This document shows, piece by piece, positions 39,824 to 49,325 of a stretch of 64,000 nt of DNA. Source of the DNA: Candidatus Sumerlaeota bacterium (lineage in GTDB: Bacteria; Sumerlaeota; Sumerlaeia; JAFGJS01); contig JAFGJS010000037.1 of the NCBI GenBank assembly GCA_016928995.1, forward strand, positions 5,895 to 69,894, read 5' to 3'. The position numbers and the translations under genes were made by a program. Position 1 is the stretch's first letter. Each line of letters begins with the position of its first letter. The notes below the pieces were generated by a model. It was not told where the DNA came from. It saw nothing but the letters and a program-made list of their open reading frames with translations, and did not search any database.

Positions 39824-41236
39824 TCATTCCGGTTTGCGGGCGACGACGATGACGCTGAGGCCGAAGGGCGGTCCGGTGATCGCATCCACCAGACGCGAAA
39901 TCGGCATGAGGATTTTTTGCATGCTGACATGGTGACCGGCGATTTCTCCAGCGCGGAAGAGCTTGCCGCTGACCCACCAGCCGATGGCGCCGACGGCGTT
40001 GAAATATTTCACACGCTCGATCTCGAAGCCGGCGGAGCGCAGTTTGCCGGTCAGGTCGGCCTTGCCATAGCGGCGGAAGTGCTCCAGGTTCTTGTCCAGA
40101 TCCGAATATAGCGCCATATGCGCCGGGACGAGGATCACGGCGCGTCCGCCGGGTTTGAGGATCTTGAAAAAGTTATGCAACGCCTGCTCGTCGTTTTCGA
40201 TATGCTCAAGCACGTTGGAGGTGACGATCGTGTCGATGCCCAGTTTTTCAAACTCCGGATCGTGGTTCATCAGGTCGTACTTTCGCACGTGGATGTTTGA
40301 GTCGCGCTTGTACGCGGCGCTGAGCACGTCGAGATAATAGTCGGAGACGTCGGTCAGCGTGATGCTTTTGAATTTGCGCATCAGCGGCGCGAGGCTGCCA
40401 ATGCCCGAGCCGGCCTCCATGATGTTCCGCCCCAGGTGCGGCTCGACGTGCTTGAAGATTTCGCGGTTGTAGTCGTCGAAGCCGATGAGTTTATGCAATG
40501 TCTGCGCGCCCACATCCTTATAGCGCCCCTGGCCGTATTTCCAGATCGCCCAAAGCGCGCGCAGGCCGTCGCGCCAGGTGGTCTTTTTGCCCTCTTCGTA
40601 GGAACGGCCGTAGTATTTGACGCCGACCTCGTAGAAGATCAGTTTCCTGGCGGCGAGCTTGCCCACGAGTTCCGCTTCCATGGCGAATCCGCACTCTTCG
40701 ATTTCGATGTTTTCCAGTGTGGAGCGGCGGATCATTTTATAGCCGGTCATCATGTCGGTCAGGTTCAGGTCCGTGCGCCAGTTGGACAGCGTAGTGAGCA
40801 GCCGGTTGCCCAGGCTGTGACGATAATAAAGGACGCGGTGGGGCTGTCCGCTCCAGAAGCGCGAGCCAAACACGACGTCGGCGCGGTTTTCAGCCAATGG
40901 CTCCAGCAGTTTATAATATTCCTGCGGCTCGTATTCCAAATCGGCGTCCTGGAAGATGACGAACTCGCCGGTGGCGTGGCGCAATCCTTCCTTCACGCAA
41001 ACGCCCTTCCCGCCGTTCGTTTCGCGCAGGACCAGCTGGTCGTAGAGCTCGGGATGATCTTGCAGCAGCTGGCGCGAACCATCCGTGGAGCAGTCGTCCA
41101 CGACGATGACTTGCTTGTCGATCTGGATGTCGCGAACTTTTTCCAGCAGCACCAGCACGGTGACCACTTCATTATACACCGGCACAATGACGGATAATTG
41201 AGGCTCGGAGGCCGGTTTCATCGTTTTTTTGGACAT
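39824..41236 (-). CDS. Bifunctional glycosyltransferase family 2 (DPM1-like) fused to a class I SAM-dependent methyltransferase.
   Basis: N-terminal SVIVPVYNE ... VVDDCSTDGS ... FQDADLEY (GT2 DxD region). C-terminal EAGSGIGSLAPL ... LKPGGRAVILVP (methyltransferase motifs I and post-I). Confidence 0.8.
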   Translation of the reverse strand: MSKKTMKPASEPQLSVIVPVYNEVVTVLVLLEKVRDIQIDKQVIVVDDCSTDGSRQLLQDHPELYDQLVLRETNGGKGVCVKEGLRHATGEFVIFQDADLEYEPQEYYKLLEPLAENRADVVFGSRFWSGQPHRVLYYRHSLGNRLLTTLSNWRTDLNLTDMMTGYKMIRRSTLENIEIEECGFAMEAELVGKLAARKLIFYEVGVKYYGRSYEEGKKTTWRDGLRALWAIWKYGQGRYKDVGAQTLHKLIGFDDYNREIFKHVEPHLGRNIMEAGSGIGSLAPLMRKFKSITLTDVSDYYLDVLSAAYKRDSNIHVRKYDLMNHDPEFEKLGIDTIVTSNVLEHIENDEQALHNFFKILKPGGRAVILVPAHMALYSDLDKNLEHFRRYGKADLTGKLRSAGFEIERVKYFNAVGAIGWWVSGKLFRAGEIAGHHVSMQKILMPISRLVDAITGPPFGLSVIVVARKPE

Positions 41237-41652
41237 CGGTCAAGTTTCCGCAAAGTTTCAGTTCGGGCATGATGCCTGTGGGCATTTGAGAAAATCAACC
41301 TTGAATTGCACAAAACTGGTTGACCGTTCAGGTGAATTCACTTTAAACTGCTGATTATAGCCGCCGTCGTTGACGGCGTCCGCGCCGCTTAGGACTCATC
41401 GGTCCGCTGATTCGGAACGGTGCGTTCGTGTTAAGGCGGAGTGAATTGGGGGTTGACAAATCAGGGCTTGAGCCGCAAATCTTCATAGACATGACATGGC
41501 GGCAGCCGCCCCTGATTTTACGTCCGCGCAAGACGAAAGATAAATTGACAAATTCTGCGCTCGCGTAAATCCGGAAGGTTGATGCCGCGATGCGCAATTG
41601 TATTCATCCGGGCAAGGACGCTCGAATAGCCGGTTTCAGGAGTCAATGAATC

Positions 41653-42585
41653 TTGGGCCATTTCACTGTATATTCCGTCGGAAAAACTGATGTAGGACAG
41701 CGCCGGTCCGGCAATGAAGATTCGATCTACACCAACCCGGAGCTGGGTCTTCATTTCGTAGCCGACGGCATGGGCGGGCACGCCGCGGGCGAGATCGCCA
41801 GCGGCACAGCCGTCGAAAAAATCGCCGAATTTGTCGAACTTTTCCGGGGCGACACCGACCTCACCTGGCCTTTCGGCTTCAACCCGAATTGGAGCCGCTG
41901 CGAGAACATGATCGTCTCCAGCGTGAAGATGGCCAATCAGGCGATTTGCGACATGGCGCGCGAGCATCCCGAGATGCGCGGCATGGGGACCACTGTGGCG
42001 TCGGTCTATGTGGACGGCGATCAACTGGTGATCGCGCACGTGGGCGATTCGCGCGTATACCGTTTTCGCGGCGACTCGCTGGTGCTGATGACCGAAGACC
42101 ACACCTGGGTCAACGAACAGCTGCAACGCGAGATCATCACCGAAGAAGAAGCGAAGAATCATCGCTGGAAAAATGTGATCACGCGCGCCTTGGGCAATCG
42201 TTCCGAAGTGGAGGTGGATGTCCAGTCGGCGGCGATTGAGAACGACGATTTATATCTGCTTTGCAGCGACGGTCTGACGACCATGCTGGATGATGAGGAT
42301 CTGCGCCAGATGATCATACATTCCAACTTCAAGTTGGAGGAGCTGGTGGATGATTTGATCCACGAAGCGAATTCGCGAGGCGGGTTCGACAATATCTCCG
42401 TCATCCTGTTGCATTGCTTGAAACCCGAAAACACTCCAACGCTTGTCGTCACCGATGAAGAGGATGAAGATGAACAGCAAGCGGAGCTTGTGGAAGAAGC
42501 GATTGAACCGACGCTGGTTGTGAAAGCCAATCCCGACGAACTTGAAGCAGTGGAATCCGCCGAGGAGCAGGGCGAGGAGCAGTAA
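41653..42585 (+). CDS. PP2C-family Ser/Thr protein phosphatase with an acidic C-terminal tail.
   Basis: GKTDVGQRRSGNEDS ... FVADGMGGHAAGEIAS ... DGDQLVIAHVGDSRVY ... LLCSDGL motifs. Confidence 0.85.
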   Translation: MGHFTVYSVGKTDVGQRRSGNEDSIYTNPELGLHFVADGMGGHAAGEIASGTAVEKIAEFVELFRGDTDLTWPFGFNPNWSRCENMIVSSVKMANQAICDMAREHPEMRGMGTTVASVYVDGDQLVIAHVGDSRVYRFRGDSLVLMTEDHTWVNEQLQREIITEEEAKNHRWKNVITRALGNRSEVEVDVQSAAIENDDLYLLCSDGLTTMLDDEDLRQMIIHSNFKLEELVDDLIHEANSRGGFDNISVILLHCLKPENTPTLVVTDEEDEDEQQAELVEEAIEPTLVVKANPDELEAVESAEEQGEEQ

Positions 42586-42655
42586 CACAAGATAAATCCG
42601 TCTTCGGCTTTCCGGCGCGGAGGGCTTTTTTTCCAGAACACAGCGAAAATCCATC

Positions 42656-42684
42656 TTGACATTCCCCTTGGCGGCTTTAAGAAT
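42656..42684 (+). promoter_or_regulatory. Candidate sigma-70 promoter for the rpmH-rnpA-yidD-yidC-jag cluster.
   Basis: TTGACA, a 17-nt spacer, then AAGAAT, about 110 nt upstream of rpmH. A GC-rich stretch plus T-run (about 42600-42635) just before it may terminate the PP2C transcript. Confidence 0.25.
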
Positions 42685-42791
42685 CGCCGTTCTTTCGTCT
42701 GTTCCGGCGGAAACAGTGAATGATTTTTACGCTTCTAAACGATTCGAAATCAACGATTGACAATAAAGTCAGAATGACAGGATGAGCTTTC

Positions 42792-42965
42792 ATGAAACGG
42801 ACATTCCAGCCAAGTTTGCGCAAACGCCGCAATACACATGGTTTTCGGGCGCGGATGAAGACGGCCGGCGGCCGCGATGTATTGGCTCGACGCCGCAGAA
42901 AAGGGCGCAAACGCCTGACGTGCTCGATCGTGGTGAATAAATGCAACCGGATTGCATCGCGCTAA
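42792..42965 (+). CDS. rpmH: 50S ribosomal protein L34 with a roughly 13-aa C-terminal extension (57 aa; not in the ORF track because it is under 60 aa).
   Basis: Hand translation gives [57 protein letters not shown]. The first 44 aa match L34 nearly residue for residue. Confidence 0.85.
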   Translation: MKRTFQPSLRKRRNTHGFRARMKTAGGRDVLARRRRKGRKRLTCSIVVNKCNRIASR

Positions 42966-43060
42966 CTCTATTGATGACAAAGACAATCTCGCGCCAGTCA
43001 GCCTCAAATCGCCGGAGGCGCGCGCCTTGGGGCGTCCCGTGTGCGGCCATTTGAGGCTTC

Positions 43061-43519
43061 TTGGCGCGATCAGATGGCATCAGCGACGCCGGAGACCCAC
43101 CAGGCGGCATGGATCAGCGATTTCCGAAAGAGTGTCGAGTGCTGAAGCGCGGCGATTTCACGCGCGCGGTCCAGCAGGGGCGCCGTCGGCGCAACCCGCT
43201 TTTTTCCATTGCGGTGTATGATCGTCATGACGCCCTTCCGGCAAGGTTGGGGCTTTCGGCGCCGAAGAGACTGGGGAAGGCTGCGGTTCGCAATCGAGCC
43301 AAACGCCGGACGCGAGAGTTTTTCCGCAAAACGCGCGGGCGCATCCGCGCCGGCGTGGATATCGTGGCGCTGTTCCACCCTCCCTGCGCGGACGCCTCGT
43401 ATGCGGAACTGAGCGCGGCCTTCGAGGCCTTGCTGGAGCAAGCATGTGCGCTGAATCCGCCGAATCAAACGCCTTCCGTAAACCGCGATTTCCCGGGGCG
43501 CGGCCCTGGCGAGGATTAA
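43061..43519 (+). CDS. rnpA: Ribonuclease P protein component; the likely start is the internal MDQRFPKE near 43109.
   Basis: FPKECRVLKRGDFTRAVQQGRR ... LGLSAPKRLGKAAVRNRAKRRTRE, found downstream of rpmH. Confidence 0.85.
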   Translation: MARSDGISDAGDPPGGMDQRFPKECRVLKRGDFTRAVQQGRRRRNPLFSIAVYDRHDALPARLGLSAPKRLGKAAVRNRAKRRTREFFRKTRGRIRAGVDIVALFHPPCADASYAELSAAFEALLEQACALNPPNQTPSVNRDFPGRGPGED

Positions 43520-43779
43520 GCGCGGTCTGTTACGCCCTGGTGCGTCTGTATCAATGGACTTTGTCGCCGCTGCTGGGCGGACAGTGCCGTTTTATTCCGA
43601 CATGCTCCGAGTACGCCCTGCAAGTTTTGACGCGGAAGCCGATCTACACGGCTTTGCCGCTGATCGTATGGCGCGTCTTGCGCTGCAATCCCTTCTGCAA
43701 GGGGGGATACGATCCGCCGCCCGAAAGCGAAGTGGCGTTGCGCGAAGACGAAGCGGAATGCAGTGACGAGACGGAATGA
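43444..43779 (+). CDS. yidD: Membrane protein insertion efficiency factor YidD; it overlaps the rnpA 3' end.
   Basis: LVRLYQWTLSPLLGGQCRFIPTCSEYA core with conserved Cys, in the standard position between rnpA and yidC. Confidence 0.8.
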   Translation: MCAESAESNAFRKPRFPGARPWRGLSAVCYALVRLYQWTLSPLLGGQCRFIPTCSEYALQVLTRKPIYTALPLIVWRVLRCNPFCKGGYDPPPESEVALREDEAECSDETE

Positions 43780-45736
43780 GGAAGCATCCGAAGGAGCCGG
43801 TCAGGCCATGGATCAAATGAGCGAAAAGCAACGCTGGATTCTCTTCTTTGCCATCGCGATGGCGGTGATCTACTTTTATTCCGTCCAGACTCAGAAACGC
43901 CAACTCGCGCAGGAACAAGAGCGGCAAAAAGAAGCGTTGGCTCAGCAGCATGAGAATTGGGCGGCGCAGGGGGACGGGCTTTCCAGCGGCGTCCTGACGA
44001 TCAGCGACACCGGCACTACGGTTTCGGCGCCGCAACCGGCGCAACGGCCGGCGGCAAAATTTTCCGCGCAAACCTTTCGCAACTATCCCGGCGTTTCATC
44101 CGAGGAAACGATCCACGTTCACACGAAGCGGCTGGATGTGACCTTGACCAATCGCGGCGGTCGTCCGCTTTCCTGGCGTTTGCTGCTCAACGGCGATTCC
44201 AGCGTGGATTTGCATAATGTGGAGCTGATTCCGCAACGCACGGATCCGGATGTGATTGAGCGTCCGCTGGAAGTCATGTTTAAGAAGTTTGATGATAATT
44301 ATGGTCCGCTCAACCAGCTGCTGATGCTGAGTGAAACGACCGAGTCGGAAGACGGCGAGACGACCACGGTGCGCTTCCTTTCGGCGATTGTCGAAGGAGT
44401 GCAGCTCGAAAAGATATACCGTTTCCACCAGAACAGCTGGCTCACAGAGCTGGATTTGCGAATTACCAACCACAGTCCTTTGCGTTTGGCGATTGGATCG
44501 GACGGCGGCCGCGGAGTGGGCTTGAGCTGGGGGCCGGGGCTGATTGATTACACGGAAGAGATCACCTCCAGCGACAAGCGTTATTTCAACGTATTGTCGA
44601 TGACCGGGGACAAGCTGTATTACAAAACGCCCAAGCCGGAGAAGGATCCGCTGGAGATCAAACGTCCCGTGAGTTGGGGCGGATTGGAATCCCGGTTCTT
44701 CGGCGTATTCATCATCCCTCGGGAGAATCCGGCGGAGGGCGGATCGGTCGCGCTGGTGCGTTCGCGCAACATGCCGGACGAGGAGGATCGAAAGAACTTC
44801 ATCGGGCTGCCGGTGTCATACGAACTTTACAGCGGGGCGTTGGCGCTCCAACCGGCCCCGCATGAAGCGAGCGCGGCGACGCTGGCATACCAGCTGTTCA
44901 CTGGCCCCAAGGATCTGCATTCCCTGGGGGATGTCAATGAAACGCTGGATGATTTTGCCGGAAAGCCTGGCGTCATCGATCTGAAGCGTTCTCTCTTCGC
45001 CAGCAGCTGGAACTGGATGCGTTTCCTTTGCCTCACTCTTTACCGCGCGCTGAACAAGGTCAACGAATGGACCGGCAGTTGGGGCTTGGCGATCATCCTG
45101 CTGACGGTGCTCGTTCGTCTGATCACGCATCCGTTGTCGCACAAGGCCATGAAGGAACAGGCCAAGGCGATGGAGAGCATGAAACTGCTGAAGCCGCAGA
45201 TCGACGCAATCAACGAGAAATATAAAAACGATCCCGGCAAGAAGCAGACGGCGCTGATGGAGATGTATAAAAAGAACGGCGTGAATCCCTTCGCCCAGCT
45301 GAAGGGCTGCCTGCCGATGTTCATTCAGTTTCCGATTTTCATCGCGCTGTACTACATGTTGAATCAGTCGATCAAACTGCGCGGCGCGGAGTTCATGTTC
45401 ATCCGTGATCTCTCGCAGCCGGATCATTTAATCGCTTTCGCCACGATGACGGGCGGCGCGATCAAGAAATTGCCGTGGCTGGGGGAATACTTCAATATTC
45501 TGCCGATCCTCTGGGGCTTGACGCAGTTCAGCATCACCAAGTTCACCTCGCAATCGTCGCTGAACCAGGATCCGAATCAGAAAATCATGATGTATATGTT
45601 CCCGATTGTTTTTCCGGTCCTGTTATACACGATGCCTTCGGGGCTGATGTTATACTGGCTGGTGTCGAATATTTGGCAATTCGGCCATCAGATCTACGCC
45701 AAGCGCGCCATTCATCAGGACGCGGCGGAGGCGTGA
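43763..45736 (+). CDS. yidC: Membrane protein insertase YidC; the start is possibly at 43808.
   Basis: Large periplasmic domain, then the conserved C-terminal TM core (WGLAIILLTVLVRLITHPL ... NPFAQLKGCLPMFIQFPIFIALYYML). Confidence 0.9.
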   Translation: MTRRNEEASEGAGQAMDQMSEKQRWILFFAIAMAVIYFYSVQTQKRQLAQEQERQKEALAQQHENWAAQGDGLSSGVLTISDTGTTVSAPQPAQRPAAKFSAQTFRNYPGVSSEETIHVHTKRLDVTLTNRGGRPLSWRLLLNGDSSVDLHNVELIPQRTDPDVIERPLEVMFKKFDDNYGPLNQLLMLSETTESEDGETTTVRFLSAIVEGVQLEKIYRFHQNSWLTELDLRITNHSPLRLAIGSDGGRGVGLSWGPGLIDYTEEITSSDKRYFNVLSMTGDKLYYKTPKPEKDPLEIKRPVSWGGLESRFFGVFIIPRENPAEGGSVALVRSRNMPDEEDRKNFIGLPVSYELYSGALALQPAPHEASAATLAYQLFTGPKDLHSLGDVNETLDDFAGKPGVIDLKRSLFASSWNWMRFLCLTLYRALNKVNEWTGSWGLAIILLTVLVRLITHPLSHKAMKEQAKAMESMKLLKPQIDAINEKYKNDPGKKQTALMEMYKKNGVNPFAQLKGCLPMFIQFPIFIALYYMLNQSIKLRGAEFMFIRDLSQPDHLIAFATMTGGAIKKLPWLGEYFNILPILWGLTQFSITKFTSQSSLNQDPNQKIMMYMFPIVFPVLLYTMPSGLMLYWLVSNIWQFGHQIYAKRAIHQDAAEA

Positions 45737-45934
45737 GCCCCGGCGCTGTGCGACGGCAGCGCGATAGATTATTCGCTGTCGCGTTGCGCGATGACAGGAA
45801 CGCAGGCTAAATGCGCGGAGCTTCGGCTCCGCAGCGAAATTCACGGTTTTTTTTACACACCTGACGGCGCGCGATGGCGCCGGTTAATTCAGGGCGCATG
45901 ATTCCGCAAGCCGATAAGACTGGCTCAGCAGTTT

Positions 45935-47002
45935 GTGACGGCGCTTGCGGACGGGAGGCAAGAAACAATGATGAACCATGTGATGATTGAAGCGGCCAAT
46001 CTGGACGAGGCGTTGCGCGAGGCTTCGGAGCGCTTCGCCGTGCCGGTCGAGGCGTTGGAATATGAACGCTTGAATCTGCTGGATGAGGATGACTTGCTCA
46101 CGAGCAACATCTTCGAGGAAGACATCCAAAAAGACAGCGAATCGGTGAGCGTGCGCGTGTGGGTGAAGCACGACGCGCTGGCCGAGCGTGGGCGCGATGT
46201 TCTGCAGCGGCTGCTGGATAAAATGCAGGTCTCCGCTCAAGTGACGGTGGATGGCGTGGTCGGCATGCTGCAACTGGGCGTCAGCGCCAGCGCGGACAAC
46301 AATTTGCTGATCGGACGGCAGGGCGAAACGCTGGAGGCGCTGGAATATTTCGTCAATCGCGTCTTGAGCCGCGGCGGACTGGTGCCGCCGCCTGTGATCG
46401 TCGATATCGAGGAATACCGTCAGCGCCGCATCAAATACCTCGAAGACCTGGCGCGGAAAAAAGCGACGCGCGCCGTGAAAACGGGCAAGGAAATCAAACT
46501 GCTGCCGATGAAGCCGCATGAACGCAAGATCATGCACGCGATTCTGGCCGACTTCAAAGGAATCAAGACCTTCAGCATGGGGCTGGACGCTGAACGGCAT
46601 ATCGTCATCTCGCCGTCGGGCGAGTCCGCCGATCCTTCGCAATTCGTGGAAGAAGAGCGCGGCGGCCGGCGCACGGGCGGCCGTTCCGGTCAGGGCGGGC
46701 AGAATTGCGGAAGACAAAATCGTTCCTCTGGTATGCGCCGGGATCGCGACGGGGCTTCGAACGGCGGTCGCGGGAATGCAAATGGCGGACGTGGGAATAA
46801 TGCGAACGGCGGACGCGGGAATGCAAACGGCGGCGCGGGAAATGGCGCCAATCGCCGCAAACGTGGCGGCGTGCATCAAAATAATAGACGGACGCGGCGA
46901 ACGGACGACCGGTTTTTTGAATCCGGCCGCCCTGTGATCAATATGGAGAATATTCCCGATGACATTGGCAATCGCATCGATGATGAAGACCGCAACGTCT
47001 GA
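45935..47002 (+). CDS. Jag/KhpB-like RNA-binding protein (Jag_N, KH and R3H domains) with a Gly/Arg/Asn-rich repetitive C-terminal tail.
   Basis: R3H region (KLLPMKPHERKIMHAILADFKGIKTFSMGLDAERHIVISP); the tail is (GGRGNANG)n. Confidence 0.8.
   Translation: MTALADGRQETMMNHVMIEAANLDEALREASERFAVPVEALEYERLNLLDEDDLLTSNIFEEDIQKDSESVSVRVWVKHDALAERGRDVLQRLLDKMQVSAQVTVDGVVGMLQLGVSASADNNLLIGRQGETLEALEYFVNRVLSRGGLVPPPVIVDIEEYRQRRIKYLEDLARKKATRAVKTGKEIKLLPMKPHERKIMHAILADFKGIKTFSMGLDAERHIVISPSGESADPSQFVEEERGGRRTGGRSGQGGQNCGRQNRSSGMRRDRDGASNGGRGNANGGRGNNANGGRGNANGGAGNGANRRKRGGVHQNNRRTRRTDDRFFESGRPVINMENIPDDIGNRIDDEDRNV
46735..46860 (+). repeat. In-frame 24-nt tandem repeat (about 4-5 units) encoding the GGRGNANG repeats of the Jag tail.
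   Basis: GGCGGTCGCGGGAATGCAAAT GGCGGACGTGGGAATAATGCGAAC GGCGGACGCGGGAATGCAAAC GGCGGCGCGGGAAATGGCGCC. Confidence 0.5.
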
Positions 47003-47049
47003 TACGTTGCGCAAAGCGATGGTGAAATAAATCAGGGGCGCTCGCTAAC

Positions 47050-47090
47050 GAACGCCCCTGATTGTTTTATGGCGAAATTTCACGAAATGC
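47050..47090. terminator. Bidirectional Rho-independent terminator between convergent jag and trmB.
   Basis: 8-bp stem CAGGGGCG/CGCCCCTG with a 12-nt loop, followed by ATTGTTTTAT. It is also T-rich on the other strand. Confidence 0.6.
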
Positions 47091-47110
47091 GACATAGCGG
47101 TTGTTGAGAT

Positions 47111-47890
47111 TTACGCTTTCTTCAGCGCCTCCAGATAGAAAACCTTGGCGCCTTGGGCGCAGAGCTTGACCTCGAAGTTGGTGCGGAAGGCGGGTTCGAA
47201 ACGCACAGGATCGATCTCGCCGCTTTCGAGGATCTGCAGTGTTGTGTGTTCGTGCAGCAGGGCGTCGATCTCCCAGAAATACGATTCGTAATCCATCTTG
47301 ACGATCAGTTTGCATCCGGGCTTGAGTTTGCGTTCGAAAATCGGAACCGTATGCTCTTGAAACACGCGCCGCTTGCGATGGCGCTTTTTGGGCCATGGGT
47401 CCGAATAGAAAATATAGAGCGCGTCGAGCGAGGCGTCGGGGCAAAATTTTTCCAGGAACTCCACGCCGTCGTGCATGTATGTGCGCAGATTGGTCAGGTT
47501 GTCGCGGCAGGCGCGATAGAGGATCACGCGGCAGTATTTCAGCGCGCGTTCGATGGCGAAGTAATTCCGCTCAGGATCGCGCCGGGCGTGTTCGAGGATG
47601 AAACGCCCCTTGCCGGCGCCGAGCTCGAGCTCCACTGGATTGACATTGCCAAAGAGCTCGCTCCAGTTGATCGGCCCTTCCCAGCCTTCCGGCTCGACGT
47701 TGATCGTCTCAGGATCAAGCGCGAGTTTTTTCTCCAGCGATTTTGCGGTGATGCGTGTGGCCATGATTCGGTTCGTGACTTGGAATTTTAATGTCCGGGG
47801 CGCATTAAAACGCCTGATGTTCAAAATAACAGCCGCCATGTTTTGCGTTGCAAGGCGTGGCGCGATGCGATTAAGCTCATTTTTATTCAT
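47111..47890 (-). CDS. trmB: tRNA (guanine46-N7)-methyltransferase; the start is probably the internal Met near 47764.
   Basis: LELGAGKGRF (SAM motif I) ... FYSDPWPKKRHRKRR. Confidence 0.85.
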   Translation of the reverse strand: MNKNELNRIAPRLATQNMAAVILNIRRFNAPRTLKFQVTNRIMATRITAKSLEKKLALDPETINVEPEGWEGPINWSELFGNVNPVELELGAGKGRFILEHARRDPERNYFAIERALKYCRVILYRACRDNLTNLRTYMHDGVEFLEKFCPDASLDALYIFYSDPWPKKRHRKRRVFQEHTVPIFERKLKPGCKLIVKMDYESYFWEIDALLHEHTTLQILESGEIDPVRFEPAFRTNFEVKLCAQGAKVFYLEALKKA

Positions 47891-47898
47891 TTTACGCG

Positions 47899-49260
47899 TT
47901 GAATGAAAGCACTACCTTAATCATGACGACGGAAGCATCAACAGAAAATATCGGCGCGGCGCCGTTGGCGGAGGATGCGGAGCGGCCGGCGCTGCGTGTG
48001 CGCGGCTTGACCAAGCATCACAACATGGTCTTCCGTTCGGGGAGCCGCCTAGGGGCCTTCTTGTACGGCAACCTGCAGGATCGCCGCAACGTGCGGCGAT
48101 TTCTGGCGCTGGATGACGTGTCGTTCGATCTGCGACCGGGGCGGATGATGGTGCTCGTGGGGGACAACGGCGCGGGCAAAAGCACCCTGTTGCAGACCGT
48201 GGCGGGGATCACGAATCCCGACGCGGGCGCGGTGGAGGTCAACGGCCGCCTGAGCGCCTTGCTGGAGTTGGGATTCGGTTTTCATCCGGACCTGAACGGC
48301 TACGAGAATTGTTACCTGCAAGGTGCGATCCTGGGCATGCCGCGTTCGGAGATCGAACAGCGGCTGCCGGAGATCATGCGTTTCGCCGGCATCGGCGAGG
48401 CGATGGACCGCCCGGTGCGGCATTACTCCAACGGCATGTTCGCCCGGTTGGCCTTCAGCCTTTCCGCGCATGTCGATCCGGATCTGCTGCTGATTGACGA
48501 GATCCTGGCCGTCGGCGATCCGGGATTTCAGGAGCGATGCATTCAGCACATTCAGCGCATGCGCGAAAACGGCGTGGCCGTGCTGCTGGTGACGCACAGC
48601 CTGGCGATGGTCAGCATTATGGCCGACGACGCGCTGTGGCTGGAAAAAGGCCGCGTGGTGCGGCAAGGTCCGGCGCGCGAGGTGATCCGCGAATATAAGC
48701 GCACGGTCAACGAACGGCGCTTTGATCGCGGCGAGGAGCACGAGAGTGAATTCAATGCGACGCATCTGCATAGCAATCCACTCAAAACGCGCCGGCGCGA
48801 ATTGGTGAATCGCGTGCGGAGCTCCTTTGAGGGCGAGATCAAGGCCGTGCGGCTGCTGGACGGCGAGGGACGGCCTTACGATAAGCGCGCGCCGTTCGGC
48901 GATCTGACTGTCGAGGCGAATTACGATGTGCCGCAACCGGTGGAGGGGATGTTCCTCAAATGCCAGCTCATCAATCAGGACGGGTGGGTTGTGTCGCAGA
49001 GTTGCTCGCCGCCGGTCGAGGAGATTGATGGCTGGCCGCGCACGGGCCAGGTCCGGCTGCGCTTTGAGAAACTGGCCTTGTCGGACGGCCCGTATGCCAT
49101 TGTCGTGGGATTTTTCCATCCGGGCGATGAATCGAAGGACATTCGTCTGTGCGAAGCGCAGGCCGCATTGGAGATCGTGCCGGGTTACGTGCCCCAGGAT
49201 GGAATTTTTTGTTTCCTGCGCAGCAAAACCGCGCAGCGGAGCGTGATTGATGAAAAATGA
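47899..49260 (+). CDS. ABC transporter ATP-binding protein of the Wzt/TagH polysaccharide-export type with a C-terminal extra domain. No permease gene is adjacent.
   Basis: Walker A GDNGAGKST, signature and Walker B (LLLIDEILAVGD), H-loop (VTHSL), then a roughly 170-aa C-terminal beta-rich domain. Confidence 0.8.
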   Translation: MNESTTLIMTTEASTENIGAAPLAEDAERPALRVRGLTKHHNMVFRSGSRLGAFLYGNLQDRRNVRRFLALDDVSFDLRPGRMMVLVGDNGAGKSTLLQTVAGITNPDAGAVEVNGRLSALLELGFGFHPDLNGYENCYLQGAILGMPRSEIEQRLPEIMRFAGIGEAMDRPVRHYSNGMFARLAFSLSAHVDPDLLLIDEILAVGDPGFQERCIQHIQRMRENGVAVLLVTHSLAMVSIMADDALWLEKGRVVRQGPAREVIREYKRTVNERRFDRGEEHESEFNATHLHSNPLKTRRRELVNRVRSSFEGEIKAVRLLDGEGRPYDKRAPFGDLTVEANYDVPQPVEGMFLKCQLINQDGWVVSQSCSPPVEEIDGWPRTGQVRLRFEKLALSDGPYAIVVGFFHPGDESKDIRLCEAQAALEIVPGYVPQDGIFCFLRSKTAQRSVIDEK

Positions 49261-49325
49261 AACGTGTTTCCTTGAATGAATTGTGAGAGCGAAAGACTAC
49301 AATTAATATGTAAAGGCGTCGATCA

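Noticed and set aside
42586-42791. oriC or DnaA-box cluster upstream of rpmH.
   Set aside because: rpmH usually neighbours dnaA and oriC, but I found no TTATCCACA/TGTGGATAA-like 9-mers here, and dnaA is not in the window. Only a weak candidate sigma-70 promoter is reported.
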